From positions 352,001-416,000 of the forward strand of contig CAVQJC010000017.1 of the NCBI GenBank assembly GCA_963712745.1: a DNA stretch of 64,000 bases, given 5' to 3'. Below the pieces are notes generated by a model, which was not told where the DNA came from, made no database searches, and saw nothing but the letters and a program-made list of their open reading frames with translations. A program made the position numbers and the translations under genes. Source of the DNA: an uncultured Chloroflexia bacterium (lineage in GTDB: Bacteria > Chloroflexota > Limnocylindria > Limnocylindrales > CSP1-4). Below, piece after piece: positions 47,782 to 57,661 of the stretch; position 1 is the first letter of the stretch; every line of letters begins with the position of its first letter.

Positions 47782-49710
47782 ATGACCCGAAGGCAGACGC
47801 TTCCCTACGGCTCATGGCCGTCACCCATCAGCATCGACCTGGCCGTCGGCTCCTCGCGCGGGTTGTCCGAGCCGCGCCAGGACGGCGAGGACATCTACCT
47901 CCTCGAGTCGCGGCCCGACGAGGCCGGCCGGGTGGCACTGTTGCGGCGCACGCCCGACGGGGTCACGGAGGACATGGCTCCGGAGCTGAACGTGCGCACA
48001 CGCGCACACGAATACGGCGGCGGCGCCTACATGGTCGCCGACGGCATCATCGTCTTCTGCGAGTTCGCGGAGAACCGCCTGCTGCTCAAGCGCTCGGCCG
48101 GCGCGCCCATCGAGGAGCTCGTCACCGACCCGGCGCTGCGCTTCGCCGACATGGCTATCGACACTGCCCGCGACCGTGTCATCAGCGTGGTCGAGGACCA
48201 GCACGAGTCGGCCATCGGCGCACGCAACCTGCTCGCGGCGGTCTCGTTCGACGGTACCTATGTCGAGCTGGCCTCGGGATACGACTTCTACTCTGACCCG
48301 GTGCTGAGCCCCGACGGCAGGGCCCTCGCCTTCGTCACCTGGGACTTCCCCCAGATGCCCTGGGACGGGACCGATCTGTGGGTGGCCGCCATCGAGCCCG
48401 ACGGCAGCCTCGGGCAGCCGGTCCATGTCGCAGGTGGCAGCGCGGAATTGGTCATCCAGCCGAAGTGGGCGCCTGACGGTTCGCTGCTCTACGTCTCCGA
48501 CCGCAGTGACTGGTGGAACATCTATCGATGGCGCGAGGGGTTGGCCGGCTCGTCGGCGCTGGCACCGTTGGAGGCGGAGGTCGGTGGGCCTCAATGGGTC
48601 TTCGGGCTGTCCGAGTACGACGTTGACGACGACGGCACGGTCGTTGCCTTCGCTCATGGGCCGGGCGGTGCCAGCCTGATCGCGGTGGCTCCGGGCCAGG
48701 CGCCGCGGGAGATCCCCTTTGCCGCGGATGGACTCGCCTATGTGCGCGTGGCAGGCGGGATGGTGACGGCCATCGCCGGTGCCTTCACCAAGCCTTCCGC
48801 GCTCGTGCGTATCGAGCTTGCAGGCGGTGGCCAAGAACGGCTGCGTGAGTCGAGCACCCTCGACATCGACGCCACCTACCTCTCCAGCCCACAGCACATC
48901 TCGTTCCCGACCACCGGAGGTCGCCGGGCCTACGCCTGGTACTACCCGCCGGCCAACCCGGACGTGGTGGCGCCGGAGGGAGAGCGGCCGCCGCTGGTGG
49001 TGATGTCACACGGCGGCCCCACCAGCCAGGCGCGGACGTCGCTGAGCCTGGGCCGTCAGGCCTTCACCAGCCGGGGTATTGCCGTCGTCGACGTCGACTA
49101 CGGCGGCTCGACCGGGTACGGCCGCGCCTACCGTGACCAGCTGCGCGAACAGTGGGGCATCGTCGACGTGGACGACTGCACCGCGGCTGCCACCTGGCTG
49201 TCTGAGCAGGGCCTGGCCGATCCCGGGCGCCTGGCCATCCGCGGTGGCAGTGCCGGCGGCTACACCACGCTCGCGACGCTGTGCTTCAAGGATGTCTTCA
49301 GCGCTGGCACCTCGTTCTACGGCCTGGGTGACCTGGCGGCCTTCACGGACACCACACACAAGTTCGAATCGCGCTACATGGACTACCTCGTCGGACCGTA
49401 TCCGGAGATGGCAGGGCGCTACCGTGAGCGTTCGCCGGACGAGCACTCGGAGCGGATCTCGTGTCCGGTGCTGGTGATGCAGGGCGCTGACGACAAGATC
49501 GTGCCGCCCTCGCAGGCAGAAGGCATCGTGCGCGCGTTGGCGAAGAATGGATTGCCCCATGCCTACATCCTGTTCGAGGGCGAGGGTCACGGCTTCCGCA
49601 TGGCTGCCAACCAGCGGCGCGCGCTGGAGGCCGAGCTCTCGTTCTACGCCCAGGTCTTCGGCTTCGAGTTGGCCGACGACTTCGTGCCGCTCGAGGTCAC
49701 GGGGCTGTAG
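47782..49710 (+). CDS. S9 family peptidase (dipeptidyl aminopeptidase/acylaminoacyl peptidase)
   Basis: PYGSWPSPI, HGGPT, GGSAGG nucleophile, D (DDKIV), GEGHGF. Confidence 0.93.
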   Translation: MTRRQTLPYGSWPSPISIDLAVGSSRGLSEPRQDGEDIYLLESRPDEAGRVALLRRTPDGVTEDMAPELNVRTRAHEYGGGAYMVADGIIVFCEFAENRLLLKRSAGAPIEELVTDPALRFADMAIDTARDRVISVVEDQHESAIGARNLLAAVSFDGTYVELASGYDFYSDPVLSPDGRALAFVTWDFPQMPWDGTDLWVAAIEPDGSLGQPVHVAGGSAELVIQPKWAPDGSLLYVSDRSDWWNIYRWREGLAGSSALAPLEAEVGGPQWVFGLSEYDVDDDGTVVAFAHGPGGASLIAVAPGQAPREIPFAADGLAYVRVAGGMVTAIAGAFTKPSALVRIELAGGGQERLRESSTLDIDATYLSSPQHISFPTTGGRRAYAWYYPPANPDVVAPEGERPPLVVMSHGGPTSQARTSLSLGRQAFTSRGIAVVDVDYGGSTGYGRAYRDQLREQWGIVDVDDCTAAATWLSEQGLADPGRLAIRGGSAGGYTTLATLCFKDVFSAGTSFYGLGDLAAFTDTTHKFESRYMDYLVGPYPEMAGRYRERSPDEHSERISCPVLVMQGADDKIVPPSQAEGIVRALAKNGLPHAYILFEGEGHGFRMAANQRRALEAELSFYAQVFGFELADDFVPLEVTGL

Positions 49711-49783
49711 CGCGACGAAGATCGACGACCGCCCGAGGAGGTCGGGCGGTCGTCGTGCAAGAGGGAGGGAGGGGAATGGTCGT

Positions 49784-50437
49784 CTAGGCGTCGGTGGTGG
49801 CAGCCGCCGCGTCGTCGGTCGCGATCTCGCCGGAATCCTCTTCGGTGGCATCCTGGGGCTCTGCCTCAGAAGCCTCCGCGTCATCGGCCGGCTGGACCAC
49901 CACGCGCGAGGCCACGAAGTCGCCGCCATCCTCGGAGTCCGACCAGACGACGATCTGGGCGCCGGCCTCGATGTCGGCCAGCTCGACTTCTGTCGGGACC
50001 ATGCGCTGGCGGCTCCAGCCGCCTCGCTCGACCGTCTGCTCCTCGAGGGCCACGATCGAGGTCTCATCGTCGATGGTCACGGTTACCGCCTCACCGCTCC
50101 CGAGCGCGAAACTGAGTCCGTCGTCGGCGGCGCTCTCGACCACGCCCTGCTCGACACGTCGGGTGGCCACGCCGTCGGCCGTCTGGATGGTGACCTCCTG
50201 GCGCTGGAACTCGTCAAGCCCACCGCGAAGCGGGCCGCCCATCCCACCACGCACACCCGGCATGTTCCTGGGGCCCATCTCCGCCCCGATGCCGGCCTTG
50301 CCGCGCATGTCGCGCATGCCGCGTTCACCGCGATCGCCGCGGTCCCCCGGGTGTGCCGAGACAGCAGCGGTGGCGGCGATGACCAGCGCGAGGGTGGCGC
50401 CGGATACCGTCATGAGTCTGGTCCTGTGATCGTGCAT
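49784..50437 (-). CDS. Secreted hypothetical protein (Gly/Met-rich linker, DUF5666-like beta domain, acidic tail)
   Basis: Signal peptide ending AVSA; V.IDDET.I...LADIEAGAQIVV pattern. Confidence 0.6.
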   Translation of the reverse strand: MHDHRTRLMTVSGATLALVIAATAAVSAHPGDRGDRGERGMRDMRGKAGIGAEMGPRNMPGVRGGMGGPLRGGLDEFQRQEVTIQTADGVATRRVEQGVVESAADDGLSFALGSGEAVTVTIDDETSIVALEEQTVERGGWSRQRMVPTEVELADIEAGAQIVVWSDSEDGGDFVASRVVVQPADDAEASEAEPQDATEEDSGEIATDDAAAATTDA

Positions 50438-50616
50438 ATCGTCATTGACCTCACTTGCAGCTCGACGGCACGCCTGGGGCATGCCGGCCGGCCGGATGGC
50501 GCGACGGCAAGAACGGTGGAAGTCGGGCGTATGTCTCGACCGAGGGCGGTGTAAGGGCGGCGTAAGCCTGGTGCGACACGCCCGGAAGCGGGGAACTGGC
50601 CAGGAGTCGGAGCCCG

Positions 50617-50625
50617 TGGTATAGT
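50617..50625 (+). promoter_or_regulatory. Extended -10 promoter of tRNA-Met
   Basis: TGGTATAGT ends just upstream of the tRNA. Confidence 0.6.
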
Positions 50626-50630
50626 CCCTG

Positions 50631-50705
50631 GGCGAGGTGGAGCAGTGGTAGCTCATCGGGCTCATAACCCGAAGGTCGGCGGTTCGAATCCGTCCCTCGC
50701 AACCA
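50631..50705 (+). tRNA. tRNA-Met (CAT), initiator type
   Basis: Cloverleaf with CAT anticodon, three consecutive G-C pairs in the anticodon stem, 1:72 mismatch, CCA end. Confidence 0.95.
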
Positions 50706-50719
50706 AAGATTCCTGACGT

Positions 50720-50755
50720 GAGAACCCCGGGTCCCGCCCCCGGGGTTTTCCTTTT
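50720..50755 (+). terminator. Intrinsic terminator
   Basis: Stem gagaaccccggg/cccggggttttc followed by a T-rich tract. Confidence 0.8.
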
Positions 50756-50841
50756 GGCGCGGGAACCGTCGGAGTGGCTCGTGTAACCGGTCGGAAGGGC
50801 CCTCGGGAATCGACCTGGATCGGACCTAGGCTCGGAACACG

Positions 50842-52164
50842 ATGATTGCCCGTGCCACCACCCTGCTGATCCTCTCCGCCCTCCTCATCGCGTTGGCGTT
50901 GCCGGTCGCTGCGCAAGAAGCACCCAGTATCGAGCCGAGCCCGTCGTCAAGCCCGGTTGGCAGCAGTGAGGATGCCCCGGTCGCCAGTGGCCAGACCACG
51001 GCGCCTGCTTCGATCTCGTCGGAGCCGACGCCGCGTCAGCTGCCTGTCGACGTTCCGGTAGCTGAAGGCCCGGTCGTTCAGGCCGTGCTCTTCTTCGCGC
51101 CCACCTGCGGCCATTGCCACTACGTCATCACCGAGTTCCTGCCGGGACTCTTCGAGGAGACCGGAGGCCAGCCGTCGATCACCTTCGACCAGTCGGTCCT
51201 GCCGGGCGAGCCATCCTTCTACCTCATGAGCAACGGACGGCTCCAACTGCTGCTCGTCGACGTCAGCCAACCCGTTGGCAGCGCCATGTTCGGTGCCGAT
51301 TCCGAACGCCTGGGCATGGACCGTGCGGGCGTGCCTCGGCTCGATGTCCAGGACATCTACCTGGTGGGTTCGGGCGACATCCCCGATCGGTTCCCCACGA
51401 TGGTCGATGAAGGTCTGGCCGGCGGAGGTATCGGGTGGCCGTCGGTGCCGGACCTCGATACCGCCATCGCGCCGTTCCTGGCCGAAGGCAGTGTGGCCGT
51501 GGTCGAACCGGACGGCCGTGAGGACGGGGAGGACGAGGCGGTCGTCATCCCGGTCGGGGACGACCGCGGCCCACTGGACAGGTTCGGCGACGATCCCGTC
51601 GGCAACGGCATCTCGGTGGTCGTGCTCATCGTCCTCGTGGCGAGCCTCGTGGCGGCGCCACTGCTCGCCGCTCGTGGCTCACTGCCCTCCTTCCCGGCCT
51701 GGTTCGTCCCGGTCCTCGCCATCGTCGGGATCGGCGTGGCGGCCTACCTGGCCAACGTCGAGACCAGCGGCAGCGAGGCCGTCTGCGGTCCGGTGGGTGA
51801 CTGCAATGCCGTGCAGGAGAGCGAGTACGCGGAGCTCTTCGGCGTCCCCATCGGTGTGCTCGGCGTCATCGGCTACCTGTTGGTCGGCGGCCTCTGGCTC
51901 GTCTCGCGCCTGGCCTCGGGGGCGGTCGCCGACTGGGCCATCCTGCTCATCGCCGTGGGTGCCTTTGGGGGCACGCTCTTCAGCGCCTACCTGACGTTCC
52001 TGGAGCCGTTCGTCATCGGTGCGACCTGCATGTGGTGCATCAGCTCGGCGCTCGTGATGATGGCGCTCCTGTGGGTCAGCGCCGGTCCAGCCTGGTCTGC
52101 CTGGCGCAGGTTGCGGGGCGACTCCGATCCGATCTCGCCGGCTGGAATCCCCGCCAGCACCTGA
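50842..52164 (+). CDS. Thioredoxin-like domain fused to vitamin K epoxide reductase (VKOR)
   Basis: Signal peptide, CGHC, then VKOR motifs CGPVGDCNAVQES..FGVP and CMWC. Confidence 0.88.
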   Translation: MIARATTLLILSALLIALALPVAAQEAPSIEPSPSSSPVGSSEDAPVASGQTTAPASISSEPTPRQLPVDVPVAEGPVVQAVLFFAPTCGHCHYVITEFLPGLFEETGGQPSITFDQSVLPGEPSFYLMSNGRLQLLLVDVSQPVGSAMFGADSERLGMDRAGVPRLDVQDIYLVGSGDIPDRFPTMVDEGLAGGGIGWPSVPDLDTAIAPFLAEGSVAVVEPDGREDGEDEAVVIPVGDDRGPLDRFGDDPVGNGISVVVLIVLVASLVAAPLLAARGSLPSFPAWFVPVLAIVGIGVAAYLANVETSGSEAVCGPVGDCNAVQESEYAELFGVPIGVLGVIGYLLVGGLWLVSRLASGAVADWAILLIAVGAFGGTLFSAYLTFLEPFVIGATCMWCISSALVMMALLWVSAGPAWSAWRRLRGDSDPISPAGIPAST

Positions 52165-52366
52165 CTCGATGGACCATCGTTTCAGTACGTCCGACGGGCT
52201 CCCGCGTTGCTCGCCCCACGAGCAAACGCAACCCTTCAGCAGCCACGTATGCCGATCCTGCTCGCCGGCTGCACAGCGCTGACAAACTGGCTCACCCCAC
52301 GAGCAGAACCCGACGATCCCGTCGCAGGCCCGTCGAGTTCGCTCATCTAGGGAGCAGAGGTGGTCA

Positions 52367-52476
52367 CGAGCCTATCGGGCGAGCGGTGTCGAGTCTATCG
52401 GGCGAGCGGTGTCGAGCCTATCGGGCGAGCGGTGTCGAGCCTATCGGGCGAGCGGTGTCGAGCCTATCGGGCGAGC
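52367..52476. repeat. 23-bp tandem repeat (about 4.8 copies)
   Basis: Unit cgagcctatcgggcgagcggtgt, head-to-tail, one substitution. Confidence 0.92.
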
Positions 52477-52481
52477 AGGCT

Positions 52482-53348
52482 CTAGCGGCGCCAGAAGTCC
52501 CGGGGATCGGATCGGGGCTTGAAGCCAGCGGCTTCGGCTACGGCCACGGCTTCGCCGAACCCCCGCCCGACCGCATCGGGCGCGTGAGCGTCGGAGCCGA
52601 AGCAGACGGCACCGCCGCCGACCTCATGCCACCAGCGCACGATGAGTGGATCGAGCGGCAGGCGCGTATTGATCTCCAGGACGCGGCCGGATGCTGCGAG
52701 CGCCGCCAGCGTCTCGCGATACTCGGCCTCGAATACGCGCGGGTCGTGTCGCCGGCCCGCGCGTCGGATCTGCCGCACCAGGTAGTCGATGTGGGCCACG
52801 ACCTCGAACTCCTGGCTGGCCTCGATCATGGTCGTGGCCTCAGCGAGGTACTCACGCACCGCGGTCGCCTCGGCCGCACCGCTGATACGGTCGCTGTGGA
52901 ACCACTCGTCGATGGCTCGGATGGCCCCATCGACCCGCACCGAATGGACGGAGCCCAGCACTCGTTCGAACCGGCCCGACGCCAGGATTCCGGCGACGAG
53001 CTCGGGAAACCAATGCGGCTCGCCGATCTCGATGCCGGTCAGGATGTGCAGGGACCCGAACCGCTCACGGCAGCGGTCGATCGACTCGAAGTAGCCCTCC
53101 AGGTCGATGCGCGGCGGGTAGAAGGTGGAGTCGGCCTCGACGTAGTGGGCACCAGCTCGAGGGAACATATGCAGTGACTCGCGAGGCACGAACCACGACG
53201 TCAGGTCGAGGTGCTCGGTGAAGGCGATCGAGGGCAGGCCCAGCTCGACGGCCCGGGCACAGGCGTCGGCCATCGAGCCGCGCACGCCCGCATCCCAGGA
53301 GAACTGGCTGTGAACATGGCCGTCAGGCGGCGGTCCGGGTTGGGTCAC
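52482..53348 (-). CDS. PHP-domain phosphatase (HisJ/histidinol-phosphatase family)
   Basis: DGHVHS, AFTEH, GSVH, AHID, GSDAH. GTGA overlap with the upstream regulator. Confidence 0.88.
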   Translation of the reverse strand: MTQPGPPPDGHVHSQFSWDAGVRGSMADACARAVELGLPSIAFTEHLDLTSWFVPRESLHMFPRAGAHYVEADSTFYPPRIDLEGYFESIDRCRERFGSLHILTGIEIGEPHWFPELVAGILASGRFERVLGSVHSVRVDGAIRAIDEWFHSDRISGAAEATAVREYLAEATTMIEASQEFEVVAHIDYLVRQIRRAGRRHDPRVFEAEYRETLAALAASGRVLEINTRLPLDPLIVRWWHEVGGGAVCFGSDAHAPDAVGRGFGEAVAVAEAAGFKPRSDPRDFWRR

Positions 53349-54766
53349 CCCTCTACTCTGACACGGCTGGAGGTGAGGGCTTCGACCACCAGGTCCAGCT
53401 CCCGCTCGCCGGTCGCGACCAGGTCGAGCACGAGCCCGCGCTGTGGGTCCGGCCGCTGCTGGTAGTAGCTGAGTGCCTCGCAGCTGACGCCGTCCCGCTT
53501 CAGCGTCTGCGCCACCTCCACGTCGTCGGGCAGGTCGGCGCGGATGCACAGGCTGAGCCCGGCATCGAGGCCGCTGACGCGCAGGCCGGGGGCGGCTGCG
53601 GCCAGTCGCTGCGCCAGGCGCTGGCGCTGCTTGCGGTAGTCCACGCGACTGGCCCGAAGGTGGCGGTCGAAGTCACCGCTGCGCAGGAGCTCGGCGAAGG
53701 CGGCCTGGCTCAGCACCCCCGTACCCAGGTCGAATGCCGCTTTGTGTCTGACCGTCTCATCGATGAGTGACGGCGGCAGCACCAACCAGCCCAGGCGCAG
53801 TCCGGGGGCGAGCGTCTTGGAGATCGACGAGCCGCTCACGACGCGGTCCGGCGCAAAGGGCTGGAGCGAGCCGACCGGGTCGCTGTCGTAGCGGTACTCG
53901 GCGTCGTAGTCGTCCTCGATGATGAAGCGTCCGTCCGCGGAACGGACCCATTCGAGCAACTGGCGGCGACGCTCGGGAGCGAGCACGACGCCCGTGGGGT
54001 AGTGATGGGCCGGGGTAACCAGCACCGCCTCTGCCCCAGCGCGGTCCAGCTCCTCGACGCGCAGGCCCTGCTCGTCCACGCCGACCGGAGGGGTGGGCAT
54101 GCCCCAGTGGCGAAGCTGATCGCGGGCGCCGGTGGATCCGGGCTCCTCGACGGCGATGGCTCGGACGCCATGCCCCGGCAGCACGCGTGCCAGCAGCGCG
54201 AAGCCCTGGGCGAACCCGTTGACGATGAGGATGTCGTCGCTGATCGCTCGGAGGCCGCGGACGCGACCGAGATAGGCGGCCAGCTCGGCTCGCAGTGGCT
54301 CGTAGCCCTGGGGATGGCCGTAGCGCAGCTCCGCGTCGGGCAACGACTCGAGCGTGCGACGATAGGCGCGAAGCCAGGTGCGGCGTGGGAACAGGCCGGT
54401 GTCTGGCAGGCCCGGGTTGTGACGCACCGGCGAGGGCCGCTCGCTCCCTCCTGGACGGGCGCTGGTGGGCGTGGCCCCGATCTCTCCCACCCTCGTGCCC
54501 GAACCGCGCCGGCTCACGAGGTAGCCCTCGGCGTCGAGTTGCTCGTAGACCGCTACCACCACCCCGCGCGAGACGCCCAGGTCGGCGGCCAGGGCACGGG
54601 TCGACGGCAGCCGCACCCCCGGCCGCAGGGCTCCGCCGCGCACCGCTTCGCGGAGTTGGTCGCAGAGCGTTGTGGCCCACCGCCCCCGGGCTGTCCCGCG
54701 GACCGACACGGACAGATCTCGGCCGATAGTGGTCCAGTCTGAGGATGGTGAAGTGGCCCTGTGCAT
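53345..54766 (-). CDS. MocR/GabR family PLP-dependent GntR regulator
   Basis: LPSTRALAADLGVSRG HTH; EDDYDAEYRY; SKTLAPGLRLGW. Confidence 0.93.
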   Translation of the reverse strand: MHRATSPSSDWTTIGRDLSVSVRGTARGRWATTLCDQLREAVRGGALRPGVRLPSTRALAADLGVSRGVVVAVYEQLDAEGYLVSRRGSGTRVGEIGATPTSARPGGSERPSPVRHNPGLPDTGLFPRRTWLRAYRRTLESLPDAELRYGHPQGYEPLRAELAAYLGRVRGLRAISDDILIVNGFAQGFALLARVLPGHGVRAIAVEEPGSTGARDQLRHWGMPTPPVGVDEQGLRVEELDRAGAEAVLVTPAHHYPTGVVLAPERRRQLLEWVRSADGRFIIEDDYDAEYRYDSDPVGSLQPFAPDRVVSGSSISKTLAPGLRLGWLVLPPSLIDETVRHKAAFDLGTGVLSQAAFAELLRSGDFDRHLRASRVDYRKQRQRLAQRLAAAAPGLRVSGLDAGLSLCIRADLPDDVEVAQTLKRDGVSCEALSYYQQRPDPQRGLVLDLVATGERELDLVVEALTSSRVRVEG

Positions 54767-54775
54767 CGGTCCACT
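54729..54775. promoter_or_regulatory. Probable MocR binding boxes
   Basis: TGGTCC, TGGCCC and inverted GGTCCA boxes at the divergent mocR/eamA junction. Confidence 0.5.
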
Positions 54776-54795
54776 CTGCCACTACCGTGGACGCC

Positions 54796-55716
54796 ATGCA
54801 GTCCCGAGCCTTCGGCGCCTTCGCTGCGTTCAGCGCCATGTTCGCGGTGGGGGCGGGCGTGACCGTATCGGCCGAGCTCGTCGACTACCCGCTCTTCGCG
54901 GGGCAGGCCGTGCGCTACGGGGTCGCCGCCGCGCTCCTCGTGGCGGCGGTGTTCGTACTGCGCCGGCCCGTTCCGCGTCCGGCGGGCGGCGAGTGGCTGT
55001 GGCTCATCGGCGTGGCCGTCACCGGCCTGGTCATCTTCAACGTGGCGGTCATCCGTGCGGTCGAGCACTCCGAGCCGGCGGCGGTCGCGATACTCATCGG
55101 GGCCGTGCCGCTGGTGCTGCTGATGGCCGAGTCGATACGGCTGCGACGCCGACCGCCGTCAGTGCTGGTCGCGGGTGCCGCGCTTGTGGTCATCGGTGCC
55201 GCCCTCGTGCAGGGCGGTGGCCGGACCACGGTCGAGGGCCTGGCCTGGGCCGCCGTCGCGTTGCTGTGCGAGGCGGCCTTCACGCTGCTGGCAGTGCCGG
55301 TGCTGGGCCGGTTGGGCGCGGTCGGCGTCTCCATCCACACATGCTGGATAGCGGCGCTGATGCTCGGCGGCCTGGCCCTCGCCATCGATGGCACCGGCGC
55401 CTTGCCGGCGATGCACGGCGGGGCCATCATGGCCTTGGCCTACCTCGCCATCGTGCAGACGGCCATCGCCTTCTCGCTCTGGTACGGGTCGGTCGGCATC
55501 CTGGGCCCCGCGGTCGCGGGGCTGTTCGCGGGCGTGATGCCCATCGCCGCCGCCATCACCGGCGTCATCCCCGGCCTGACCACGTTGACCCCCGTGGTCA
55601 TCGGTGGTGCTGTCCTCGTGGGCATCGGCATCGCTCTGGGCCTCAGCGCCCGGCTGGGCAGGAGGGCCTCGCCGACCGCCGAGGCGCGACCGACGGGCCT
55701 GCTCTCCGACGGCTGA
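54796..55716 (+). CDS. EamA/DMT family transporter
   Basis: About ten TM helices in two EamA repeats; divergent from mocR. Confidence 0.88.
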   Translation: MQSRAFGAFAAFSAMFAVGAGVTVSAELVDYPLFAGQAVRYGVAAALLVAAVFVLRRPVPRPAGGEWLWLIGVAVTGLVIFNVAVIRAVEHSEPAAVAILIGAVPLVLLMAESIRLRRRPPSVLVAGAALVVIGAALVQGGGRTTVEGLAWAAVALLCEAAFTLLAVPVLGRLGAVGVSIHTCWIAALMLGGLALAIDGTGALPAMHGGAIMALAYLAIVQTAIAFSLWYGSVGILGPAVAGLFAGVMPIAAAITGVIPGLTTLTPVVIGGAVLVGIGIALGLSARLGRRASPTAEARPTGLLSDG

Positions 55717-55729
55717 ATGCCGTCGCTGC

Positions 55730-56551
55730 TCAACGGCTGATCGAGCGGTACCTGCGCACGCCCAGCGGCGCGAACACCGCCAGTAGCACCACGTACCAGC
55801 CGATCGTGACGAGGACGGGCATCTCCGCGGGCAGGCCGCTGGCTGGGAAGGGGTTGGGGTTGCCCCACAGCTCGCGGAGCGAGGCCGTGAGCGTGCTCAC
55901 CGGGTTCCAGGCCGCGATCGGCTGCAGCCAGTCGGGCAGCGTACCGATGGGCACGAAGACGTTGGAGATGAAGGTCAGGGGCAGGATGACGATGAAGGAG
56001 ACCTGCTGCGCCACTTCCACGCTGGGTAGCCGCAGCCCGAGCCACACCCCGACCCACGACATCACGAAGGCGTAGGCGAGCGCGAGCACGACGCCGACGA
56101 GGAAGGCCGGGATACCGTTGTTGACCGACCAGCCCACGACCAGGCCGCTGAGCATGAGCACGACGAGGATGCCGCCGTTGTAGATGACATCGGACACCGA
56201 ACGGCCGAAGAGCACGGCCGAGCGTGCCATCGGCAGCGAGCGGAAGCGGTCGATGATGCCCTTGTTGAGGTCCTCGGTCATGCCGATGGCCGTCGTCGCC
56301 GAGGCGAACGTCAGCGTCTGCACGAAGATGCCGGGCATGAGGTACTCGGCGTAGCTCGCGCCGCCCGGCAGCGGGATGGCGCCGCCGAACACGACCGTGA
56401 ACAGCAGCACGAACATGATGGACTGGATGATGGCGAAGATGGCCAGCTCGGGGATCCGCGGGATCCGCTTGAGGTAGCGCCAGGTGATGATGAGTCCGTC
56501 GCTGAGCGCGTCGCGCCAGGTGTCACCGGCGACCGGCGTCTGTGTGCTCAT
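55730..56551 (-). CDS. ABC-2 permease (DrrB family)
   Basis: GIIDRFRSLPMAR; six TM helices. Confidence 0.92.
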   Translation of the reverse strand: MSTQTPVAGDTWRDALSDGLIITWRYLKRIPRIPELAIFAIIQSIMFVLLFTVVFGGAIPLPGGASYAEYLMPGIFVQTLTFASATTAIGMTEDLNKGIIDRFRSLPMARSAVLFGRSVSDVIYNGGILVVLMLSGLVVGWSVNNGIPAFLVGVVLALAYAFVMSWVGVWLGLRLPSVEVAQQVSFIVILPLTFISNVFVPIGTLPDWLQPIAAWNPVSTLTASLRELWGNPNPFPASGLPAEMPVLVTIGWYVVLLAVFAPLGVRRYRSISR

Positions 56552-57558
56552 GGCGCCACCTCCTCGACGTCCTCTGCGTGGATGAGATGCGCTGCATCCT
56601 TCTCCTCGGCCTCCGCGACATGCCCGGTCAACGTCAGGAAGACGTCATCGAGCGTGGGCCGGCGCATGCTGATGTCGTCGACGGCGATGTCGGCCTCGTC
56701 CAGGTCGCGGAAGACGGCGAAGAGCTTCTCGGCACCGCCGCCGGCCGCCACGCTCAGCTGTCGGGTCGCTTCCTCGACGGCGATGTCGCCGTCGCCGTGC
56801 CGCGCCAGCACGCTCTCGACGAAGGGGATGTCCTCGAGACGGTGCAGATGCACCTCGATGCGCTCACCCCCGACCTGCCGCTTGAGCTCCCTGGCTGTGC
56901 CCTCCGCGATGATGCGACCGTGGTCGACGACCGCGATGGTGTCGGCCAGCTCGTCGGCTTCCTCGAGGTACTGCGTCGTCAGCAGCAGGGTCGTGCCCTG
57001 GGCTACGAGGTCGCGGATGACCTCCCACATGCCCAGCCGGCTGCGCGGATCGAGCCCGGTGGTGGGCTCGTCGAGGATGAGTAGCCGCGGACGGCCGATG
57101 AGCGCGCTCGCCAGGTCGAGCCGCCGCCGCATCCCGCCCGAGTACGTCTTGATGGTGCGGTTGGCCGCATCCATGAGGTCGAACCGCTCCAGCAGCTCGT
57201 CCGCCCGGGCCCTGGCCTCCTTCGAAGAGAGCCGGTAGAGGCGACCGAAGAGCCACAGGTTCTCGCGCCCGGTGAGGTTGTCGTCCACCGCGGCGTACTG
57301 ACCGGACAGGCCGATGATGTGCCGCACCTCCTGGGCCTGGGCGACCACGTCCAGGCCGGCCACGGTGGCCCGGCCCGCATCCGGGCGCAGCAGGGTCGCG
57401 ATGATGCGGACGGTGGTGGTCTTGCCCGCACCGTTGGGGCCGAGCAGTCCGAGGACGCTGCCCTCGGGCACGCTCAGGTCGAGCCCGTCGAGTGCTCGTA
57501 CCTCGCTCTTGCGGGAGCGGTAGACCTTGACCAGACCTTCAGCTTCGATGATCGCCAC
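56548..57558 (-). CDS. ABC exporter ATPase (DrrA family)
   Basis: GPNGAGKTT, YSGGMRRRLDL, LDEPTTGLDP, LDDVFL. Confidence 0.93.
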   Translation of the reverse strand: MAIIEAEGLVKVYRSRKSEVRALDGLDLSVPEGSVLGLLGPNGAGKTTTVRIIATLLRPDAGRATVAGLDVVAQAQEVRHIIGLSGQYAAVDDNLTGRENLWLFGRLYRLSSKEARARADELLERFDLMDAANRTIKTYSGGMRRRLDLASALIGRPRLLILDEPTTGLDPRSRLGMWEVIRDLVAQGTTLLLTTQYLEEADELADTIAVVDHGRIIAEGTARELKRQVGGERIEVHLHRLEDIPFVESVLARHGDGDIAVEEATRQLSVAAGGGAEKLFAVFRDLDEADIAVDDISMRRPTLDDVFLTLTGHVAEAEEKDAAHLIHAEDVEEVAP

Positions 57559-57661
57559 GCACGGCACCTGCGCTGTCAGAGAACCAGCCCCCAGGAGGCG
57601 GGAGCATAGCGTGGAAACGGCGATGGCAAGGCCGGCGGTCCTTGGAGGCTACGATGGGCTC

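Noticed and set aside
52367-52476. Possible CRISPR array
   Set aside because: The repeats are head-to-tail with no spacers, and there are no cas genes in the window.
52367-52476. Link between TATCGG in the 23-bp repeat and the putative arm sites at the tRNA-Lys island
   Set aside because: Only a 6-bp match, 30 kb away and with no other element features; likely chance.
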